Of a DNA stretch of 64,000 nucleotides, positions 54,429 to 64,000 are shown piece by piece (the first letter of the stretch is position 1; each line of letters begins with the position of its first letter). The stretch is from assembly GCA_964016885.1 (NCBI GenBank), contig OZ024766.1, positions 868,001 through 932,000 of the forward strand, written 5' to 3'. Both the position numbers and the translations under genes were made by a program. The notes under the pieces were generated by a model. That model saw nothing but the letters and a program-made list of their open reading frames with translations. It was not told where the DNA came from and searched no databases. This DNA is from Eledone cirrhosa. Its lineage: Eukaryota.

Positions 54429-56978
54429 GAGATGCGCGATGCTGCATGGTAGTGAGACATGGACAGCAACTGCAGAGGGTATGCGATGGCTGGAGAGAAA
54501 GGAAGCAAGCACGCTCCGTTGGATGTGCAATGTCAATGTGCGGGAACGACCAAGCATAAACGAGTTGAGAGAGAAACTGTGTTTAAGAGGGATAAGTTGT
54601 GGTGTGCAAGAGAGGACTGAGATGGTATGGACATGTGATGCGCATGGAGGTTGAGCGCTGGGTAAAGAAGGGAGACGCAGTAGAGGAAAACCACGAAAAA
54701 CATGGGTGGAGGTGGTGAGAGCCGACTTCAGATCGCTGAAACTCACCAAGGAGATGACGAAGGACCGTGACAAGTGAAGAGATGCTTTGCTCAAGAGGAC
54801 CTGTCCCACCCTTTCAAGCAGGGAAAAGCGGACGTAAAATGATGAACAGACGATGATAATGATGCTCTCTATATATCTATCTCTCTATCAATCTATCCAG
54901 ATATCTGTGCATCAGTCTATCTATTTACCTATAAACACCCTCCTCACTCCGTCTCAGGATCACCGAGACATCACCAACAACCAACCCACGCTGTGGGAAA
55001 CAGTCCTCCCCGGGGCACACCCTGCTACTTCACACCATCTGTCTGTCTCGCTGCCTAACTACCGAGAAATCCGGCTTCTGTGCTTGCCTAATTTGTAGGT
55101 TATTAGGCAGTTGGCAGGTTTGCGGAAGTTGGTTTTGCAAATGGTTAAAACACTTGCATCACAAAATTCAAATAGCATCACTCCTTGTTTTATCTTTCTC
55201 GTCTTTACCTAGGCCTGCATAAGTTAGTGTTACGGTTAGCGTTACTGTTAGCGTTACGGCTAGTTTTAGGGTTAATTGAGAGCAAGAAACTGCTGCTAGG
55301 TAAAGACAAGAAATTCTGCATTTACAAGCAATTTTTACAAACAGCCACAATGACAGGACGGAGACATCGTTATGCTAGCAGGGGATTTCAATGGTCATGT
55401 TGGACAGCTCTACGATGGTTACACTGAGGTACATGTTGGGCACACTTACGGCTTAAGAAATGAAGCAGTGAAACTTCTTGAATTTTGCGATGCAATTGCA
55501 CTAACCATCTACAACACTAACTTACACAAATCTGCCAACCACCTAATAACCTACAAATCAGGCAAGCACATAAGCCAGATTGACTTCTTGCTAGTTAGGC
55601 AGCGGGACAGGCAGATGGTGTCAAATACAAAGGCATGAATGAGACATACAGGAAGGTGCGGAAAAAAGAAAGGTCTGGAAGCTAAAAGAGCTTTCACTAA
55701 AATACAAATTTAGGAAAGCCCTTCAATATATGTATGATGAAAAAGAAGACGATTTAGAGTCGTACAACATAGATGATAACTGGAATTTCTTATGCGATAC
55801 CTTACTGCAGGTTACTGATGAAACTTGTGGCTGGATCAGAGTTCCAACCAGACAGAGAGTGACATGGTGGTGGGACAGCACGGTAGATCGGGCCATTGGA
55901 GACTAAAGACTAGCATGGAATGCTTGCAAAATTAGTGCGAGTAGAGAAGAATATACAGCCGCTAAGAGAGAAGCTAGACGTCAGGTGTACTTAGCATGCA
56001 AGGAGGCTGCTCGACGACGTGCGCTGTTCCGTACTGCAAGGCAGTGTGTCAGTGCAAATCGGGATTAAGTCTGTCCGCAATGATGCCGCTGTACTTTGTG
56101 TCACGAATGAGTGTTGATGAGTAGAAAAGAGGACAAAACTCTATTCCGTCAGGGAAATGGCCATGTTCGATATGCAGAAACGGAACTGGCATAAATTATA
56201 TAAAACGTACACAAAAGATCGAGTGCGATAGCAGGCACGTAGTGGGATAGCAGGCAAACTAACAGCATATTTTGATTATAATAAAACAAATAATAATAGT
56301 AATAATAATAATAATCGTCATTGTTCTTTTCTTCTGTGCCTTTCTTTGCCTTCTCTGTCATCTGAATAACAAAAATAAAAGAAAAAAAAGAATCTTAAAC
56401 ATATGTTGCCTTTACAAAGTGCTGTGATCAAAGTAGCTTTTAAGCAATTTCCTAACTAACAAACAACATCAACAAAATATATACAAATATCTTTGAATGT
56501 CAAGTCCACCAAGAGAAAATAGTCATAATGTACTTACAGATACAATGCTAGGGACTCGCATCAATGAGTTTTAGTAGAAAATGACTGACTGGCTGTTGAG
56601 GGACAGAGGTGTGTTTTCAAATATTTATCAATTCACAACAAAGCCTCACAAAGCTACATCATAATGCAAACTCACAACACCCTTCTTATGCAACCTCACC
56701 AAGCAACCCCACAACACAACCTCACGTTCACAATTCACAACACTCAACAAGGCATTCGTTATCTAGGGTTTACAGTAAACATAGCGAGGTAAAACACACC
56801 CAGTACACTCTGTAAAGTGGTCATTAGGTTAAGATTAAACTGAAATCATACCTCCATTGTCGTTGGCGTATATTTTCTCTAAAACTTAATTTCATTGCTT
56901 TCATTTCTCTTCTTTTTCTTCTATTCCATCTAAATATGAAAAAAATTATACAGGTCATTTCGTCTTATCAAGAGGTCC

Positions 56979-57015
<37 letters not shown>

Positions 57016-60000
57016 GAGATAATACCTTAAAATAATGGTAAAAAAAGTGTTTAATTACGAAAATCCTTTGAAATAACTTCCTCGCTCTTACTGGTCATAC
57101 CTGCAAAACACAAAACACTAGCGTTAGAGGAGTGAACAGTGCAGTGCAGTGCAGTGCAGTGCAGTGCAGTGTAATTTAGTATGGTGCAGTTTAGTGGCAC
57201 AGTACACTGTAAAACATTTAGCCAATCTCTCAGACATTTACAAATCTTTCAAGATATATACATATATATATATATGGGAGAGAGAGAAATTACCCTCAGT
57301 AGATCAGACAGAGGGACCAGCTATTGAGATTAACGAATATAGGGTCCAAGAGGCGATTAAGGAAATGAAAAATGGTGAGGCTGCTGGACCATCGGAGATA
57401 GTTGCTGAGATGCTGAAGGCCTCAGGGGACGTAGGCACTAAACTGGTTGCACACATCATCAATCAGGCTATATATGGCAGTGTCATACCCAAAGACTAGT
57501 GCAAAAGTAAAGGGGACGCTCTTGAGAGGAGAAATTATAGGGATATAAAACTGATGGATCAGGTTATGAAAGTGGCAGAAAGGATATTAGCACAACTAAT
57601 TAGAGAAAGGGTCAAACTAGATGAGATGCAGTTTGGTTTTGTGCCTGGGAATAGTACAACAGATGCCCTCTTCTTGATGAGACAATTACAAGAGAGGTTC
57701 TTAGAGAAAAATAAGCCACTATACTTAGCCTTTGTTGACCTAGAGAAGGCCTTTGATAGGGTACGCCGATCTGTCATCTTATTATTTAACCTATAAATGG
57801 GGCCCCAACAGGTACTACTACACCAGGCCAGAGCAGACCTGGGAGTTATGACAACTAAGGGGGTAACTCCACGTTCCCCACAGTTCCTCCTGAACTTGAG
57901 CCTTGCCACTGGATGTAGTTTAATGTCATACCCAGGACAAATATATACATACATATATATATACATACACACACATATATATATACATATACATATATAC
58001 AAATATATATATGCGTACGAAAGTGTGGTTACATGATGCCTATGCGAGATGTGCGACGCTGCATGGTAGTGAGACATGGACAGCAACTGCAGAGGGTATG
58101 CGATGGCTGGAGAGAAAGGAAGCAAGCACGCTCCGTTGGATGTGCAATGTCAATGTGCTGGAACGACCAAGCATAAACGAGTTGAGAGAGAAACTGTGTT
58201 TAAGAGGGATAAGTTGTGGTGTGCAAGAGAGGACTGAGATGGTATGGACATGTGATGCGCATGGAGGTTGAGCGCTGGGTAAAGAAGGGAGACGCAGTAG
58301 AGAAAAACCACGAAAAACATGGGTGGAGGTGGTGAGAGCCGACTTCAGATCGCTGAAACTCACCAAGGAGATGACGAAGGACCGTGACAAGTGAAGAGAT
58401 GCTTTGCTCAAGAGGACCTGTCCCACCCTTTCAAGCAGGGAAAAGCGGACGTAAAATGATGAACAGACGATGATAATGATGCTCTCTATATATCTATCTC
58501 TCTATCAATCTATCCAGATATCTGTGCATCAGTCTATCTATTTACCTATAAACACCCTCCTCACTCCGTCTCAGGATCACCGAGACATCACCAACAACCA
58601 ACCCACGCTGTGGGAAACAGTCCTCCCCGGGGCACACCCTGCTACTTCACACCATCTGTCTGTCTCGCTGCCTAACTACCGAGAAATCCGGCTTCTGTGC
58701 TTGCCTAATTTGTAGGTTATTAGGCAGTTGGCAGGTTTGCGGAAGTTGGTTTTGCAAATGGTTAAAACACTTGCATCACAAAATTCAAATAGCATCACTC
58801 CTTGTTTTATCTTTCTCGTCTTTACCTAGGCCTGCATAAGTTAGTGTTACGGTTAGCGTTACTGTTAGCGTTACGGCTAGTTTTAGGGTTAATTGAGAGC
58901 AAGAAACTGCTGCTAGGTAAAGAAAAGAAATTCTGCATTTACAAGCAATTTTTACAAACAGCCACAATGACAGGACGGAGACATTGTTATGCTAGCAGGG
59001 GATTTCAATGGTCATGTTGGACAGCTCTACGATGGTTACACTGAGGTACATGTTGGGCACACTTACGGCTTAAGAAATGAAGCAGTGAAACTTCTTGAAT
59101 TTTGCGATGCAATTGCACTAACCATCTACAACACTAACTTACACAAATCTGCCAACCACCTAATAACCTACAAATCAGGCAAGCACATAAGCCAGATTGA
59201 CTTCTTGCTAGTTAGGCAGCGGGACAGGCAGATGGTGTCAAATACAAAGGCATGAATGAGACATACAGGAAGGTGCGGAAAAAAGAAAGGTCTGGAAGCT
59301 AAAAGAGCTTTCACTAAAATACAAATTTAGGAAAGCCCTTCAATATATGTATGATGAAAAAGAAGACGATTTAGAGTCGTACAACATAGATGATAACTGG
59401 AATTTCTTATGCGATACCTTACTGCAGGTTACTGATGAAACTTGTGGCTGGATCAGAGTTCCAACCAGACAGAGAGTGACATGGTGGTGGGACAGCACGG
59501 TAGATCGGGCCATTGGAGACTAAAGACTAGCATGGAATGCTTGCAAAATTAGTGCGAGTAGAGAAGAATATACAGCCGCTAAGAGAGAAGCTAGACGTCA
59601 GGTGTACTTAGCATGCAAGGAGGCTGCTCGACGACGTGCGCTGTTCCGTACTGCAAGGCAGTGTGTCAGTGCAAATCGGGATTAAGTCTGTCCGCAATGA
59701 TGCCGCTGTACTTTGTGTCACGAATGAGTGTTGATGAGTAGAAAAGAGGACAAAACTCTATTCCGTCAGGGAAATGGCCATGTTCGATATGCAGAAACGG
59801 AACTGGCATAAATTATATAAAACGTACACAAAAGATCGAGTGCGATAGCAGGCACGTAGTGGGATAGCAGGCAAACTAACAGCATATTTTGATTATAATA
59901 AAACAAATAATAATAGTAATAATAATAATAATCGTCATTGTTCTTTTCTTCTGTGCCTTTCTTTGCCTTCTCTGTCATCTGAATAACAAAAATAAAAGAA

Positions 60001-60595
60001 AAAAAAGAATCTTAAACATATGTTGCCTTTACAAAGTGCTGTGATCAAAGTAGCTTTTAAGCAATTTCCTAACTAACAAACAACATCAACAAAATATATA
60101 CAAATATCTTTGAATGTCAAGTCCACCAAGAGAAAATAGTCATAATGTACTTACAGATACAATGCTAGGGACTCGCATCAATGAGTTTTAGTAGAAAATG
60201 ACTGACTGGCTGTTGAGGGACAGAGGTGTGTTTTCAAATATTTATCAATTCACAACAAAGCCTCACAAAGCTACATCATAATGCAAACTCACAACACCCT
60301 TCTTATGCAACCTCACCAAGCAACCCCACAACACAACCTCACGTTCACAATTCACAACACTCAACAAGGCATTCGTTATCTAGGGTTTACAGTAAACATA
60401 GCGAGGTAAAACACACCCAGTACACTCTGTAAAGTGGTCATTAGGTTAAGATTAAACTGAAATCATACCTCCATTGTCGTTGGCGTATATTTTCTCTAAA
60501 ACTTAATTTCATTGCTTTCATTTCTCTTCTTTTTCTTCTATTCCATCTAAATATGAAAAAAATTATACAGGTCATTTCGTCTTATCAAGAGGTCC

Positions 60596-60631
<36 letters not shown>

Positions 60632-63600
60632 GAGATAATACCTTAAAATAATGGTAAAAAAAGTGTTTAATTACGAAAATCCTTTGAAATAACTTCCTCG
60701 CTCTTACTGGTCATACCTGCAAAACACAAAACACTAGCGTTAGAGGAGTGAACAGTGCAGTGCAGTGCAGTGCAGTGCAGTGCAGTGTAATTTAGTATGG
60801 TGCAGTTTAGTGGCACAGTACACTGTAAAACATTTAGCCAATCTCTCAGACATTTACAAATCTTTCAAGATATATACATATATATATATATGGGAGAGAG
60901 AGAAATTACCCTCAGTAGATCAGACAGAGGGACCAGCTATTGAGATTAACGAATATAGGGTCCAAGAGGCGATTAAGGAAATGAAAAATGGTGAGGCTGC
61001 TGGACCATCGGAGATAGTTGCTGAGATGCTGAAGGCCTCAGGGGACGTAGGCACTAAACTGGTTGCACACATCATCAATCAGGCTATATATGGCAGTGTC
61101 ATACCCAAAGACTAGTGCAAAAGTAAAGGGGACGCTCTTGAGAGGAGAAATTATAGGGATATAAAACTGATGGATCAGGTTATGAAAGTGGCAGAAAGGA
61201 TATTAGCACAACTAATTAGAGAAAGGGTCAAACTAGATGAGATGCAGTTTGGTTTTGTGCCTGGGAATAGTACAACAGATGCCCTCTTCTTGATGAGACA
61301 ATTACAAGAGAGGTTCTTAGAGAAAAATAAGCCACTATACTTAGCCTTTGTTGACCTAGAGAAGGCCTTTGATAGGGTACGCCGATCTGTCATCTTATTA
61401 TTTAACCTATAAATGGGGCCCCAACAGGTACTACTACACCAGGCCAGAGCAGACCTGGGAGTTATGACAACTAAGGGGGTAACTCCACGTTCCCCACAGT
61501 TCCTCCTGAACTTGAGCCTTGCCACTGGATGTAGTTTAATGTCATACCCAGGACAAATATATACATACATATATATATACATACACACACATATATATAT
61601 ACATATACATATATACAAATATATATATGCGTACGAAAGTGTGGTTACATGATGCCTATGCGAGATGTGCGACGCTGCATGGTAGTGAGACATGGACAGC
61701 AACTGCAGAGGGTATGCGATGGCTGGAGAGAAAGGAAGCAAGCACGCTCCGTTGGATGTGCAATGTCAATGTGCTGGAACGACCAAGCATAAACGAGTTG
61801 AGAGAGAAACTGTGTTTAAGAGGGATAAGTTGTGGTGTGCAAGAGAGGACTGAGATGGTATGGACATGTGATGCGCATGGAGGTTGAGCGCTGGGTAAAG
61901 AAGGGAGACGCAGTAGAGGAAAACCACGAAAAACATGGGTGGAGGTGGTGAGAGCCGACTTCAGATCGCTGAAACTCACCAAGGAGATGACGAAGGACCG
62001 TGACAAGTGAAGAGATGCTTTGCTCAAGAGGACCTGTCCCACCCTTTCAAGCAGGGAAAAGCGGACGTAAAATGATGAACAGACGATGATAATGATGCTC
62101 TCTATATATCTATCTCTCTATCAATCTATCCAGATATCTGTGCATCAGTCTATCTATTTACCTATAAACACCCTCCTCACTCCGTCTCAGGATCACCGAG
62201 ACATCACCAACAACCAACCCACGCTGTGGGAAACAGTCCTCCCCGGGGCACACCCTGCTACTTCACACCATCTGTCTGTCTCGCTGCCTAACTACCGAGA
62301 AATCCGGCTTCTGTGCTTGCCTAATTTGTAGGTTATTAGGCAGTTGGCAGGTTTGCGGAAGTTGGTTTTGCAAATGGTTAAAACACTTGCATCACAAAAT
62401 TCAAATAGCATCACTCCTTGTTTTATCTTTCTCGTCTTTACCTAGGCCTGCATAAGTTAGTGTTACGGTTAGCGTTACTGTTAGCGTTACGGCTAGTTTT
62501 AGGGTTAATTGAGAGCAAGAAACTGCTGCTAGGTAAAGACAAGAAATTCTGCATTTACAAGCAATTTTTACAAACAGCCACAATGACAGGACGGAGACAT
62601 CGTTATGCTAGCAGGGGATTTCAATGGTCATGTTGGACAGCTCTACGATGGTTACACTGAGGTACATGTTGGGCACACTTACGGCTTAAGAAATGAAGCA
62701 GTGAAACTTCTTGAATTTTGCGATGCAATTGCACTAACCATCTACAACACTAACTTACACAAATCTGCCAACCACCTAATAACCTACAAATCAGGCAAGC
62801 ACATAAGCCAGATTGACTTCTTGCTAGTTAGGCAGCGGGACAGGCAGATGGTGTCAAATACAAAGGCATGAATGAGACATACAGGAAGGTGCGGAAAAAA
62901 GAAAGGTCTGGAAGCTAAAAGAGCTTTCACTAAAATACAAATTTAGGAAAGCCCTTCAATATATGTATGATGAAAAAGAAGACGATTTAGAGTCGTACAA
63001 CATAGATGATAACTGGAATTTCTTATGCGATACCTTACTGCAGGTTACTGATGAAACTTGTGGCTGGATCAGAGTTCCAACCAGACAGAGAGTGACATGG
63101 TGGTGGGACAGCACGGTAGATCGGGCCATTGGAGACTAAAGACTAGCATGGAATGCTTGCAAAATTAGTGCGAGTAGAGAAGAATATACAGCCGCTAAGA
63201 GAGAAGCTAGACGTCAGGTGTACTTAGCATGCAAGGAGGCTGCTCGACGACGTGCGCTGTTCCGTACTGCAAGGCAGTGTGTCAGTGCAAATCGGGATTA
63301 AGTCTGTCCGCAATGATGCCGCTGTACTTTGTGTCACGAATGAGTGTTGATGAGTAGAAAAGAGGACAAAACTCTATTCCGTCAGGGAAATGGCCATGTT
63401 CGATATGCAGAAACGGAACTGGCATAAATTATATAAAACGTACACAAAAGATCGAGTGCGATAGCAGGCACGTAGTGGGATAGCAGGCAAACTAACAGCA
63501 TATTTTGATTATAATAAAACAAATAATAATAGTAATAATAATAATAATCGTCATTGTTCTTTTCTTCTGTGCCTTTCTTTGCCTTCTCTGTCATCTGAAT

Positions 63601-64000
63601 AACAAAAATAAAAGAAAAAAAAGAATCTTAAACATATGTTGCCTTTACAAAGTGCTGTGATCAAAGTAGCTTTTAAGCAATTTCCTAACTAACAAACAAC
63701 ATCAACAAAATATATACAAATATCTTTGAATGTCAAGTCCACCAAGAGAAAATAGTCATAATGTACTTACAGATACAATGCTAGGGACTCGCATCAATGA
63801 GTTTTAGTAGAAAATGACTGACTGGCTGTTGAGGGACAGAGGTGTGTTTTCAAATATTTATCAATTCACAACAAAGCCTCACAAAGCTACATCATAATGC
63901 AAACTCACAACACCCTTCTTATGCAACCTCACCAAGCAACCCCACAACACAACCTCACGTTCACAATTCACAACACTCAACAAGGCATTCGTTATCTAGG
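54429..64000. repeat. Near-identical 3.6-kb tandem array (2.6 units visible, continues past window)
   Basis: Homologous positions 54429, 58046, 61662 (periods 3617, 3616); identical ORF sets; only a few substitutions and a poly(A) length difference. Confidence 0.98.
55355..58480 (+). mobile_element. Decayed RTE LINE with nested insertions (repeated 58972-62096, partial from 62588)
   Basis: LAGDFNGHVG..SQIDFLL (APE), MKNGEAAGPSEIVAEMLKASG, QFGFVPG..YLAFVDLEKAFDRV (RT), LHGSETW, RGKPRKTW and TGA-type tail, in correct order. Confidence 0.9.

Overview
Left end of a eukaryotic chromosome: ~8.4 kb (CCCTAA)n telomere with a proximal (CCCCAA)n variant zone, followed by ~56 kb of gene-free subtelomere. 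The repeat repertoire (tRNA-SINEs, RTE LINEs, TA microsatellites) suggests an octopus-like cephalopod, which is inference. Order: AT-rich telomere-adjacent block with recurring short motifs (8.4-9.7 kb); a mosaic tandem array of 4.4-5.2 kb units built from decayed RTE-type LINEs and an unidentified duplicated module (~11-31.5 kb); a composite minisatellite and TA tracts; a patchwork of Helitron, R4/Dong, L1/Tx1, RTE and SINE remnants; and a near-perfect 3.6 kb tandem array running off the window end. No intact protein-coding gene is supported; the long ORFs are simple-repeat artefacts. The most notable signal, absent from the ORF track, is a cluster of type I hammerhead ribozyme (HHR) motifs from several small repeat families between 34 and 50 kb: three with canonical CUGAUGA/GAAA cores, one in a 208-nt tandem retrozyme-like arrangement, one enclosed by ~67-bp inverted repeats, and a two-copy variant with a CAGAAGA core. 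All structures were paired by eye; no folding or database search was run.
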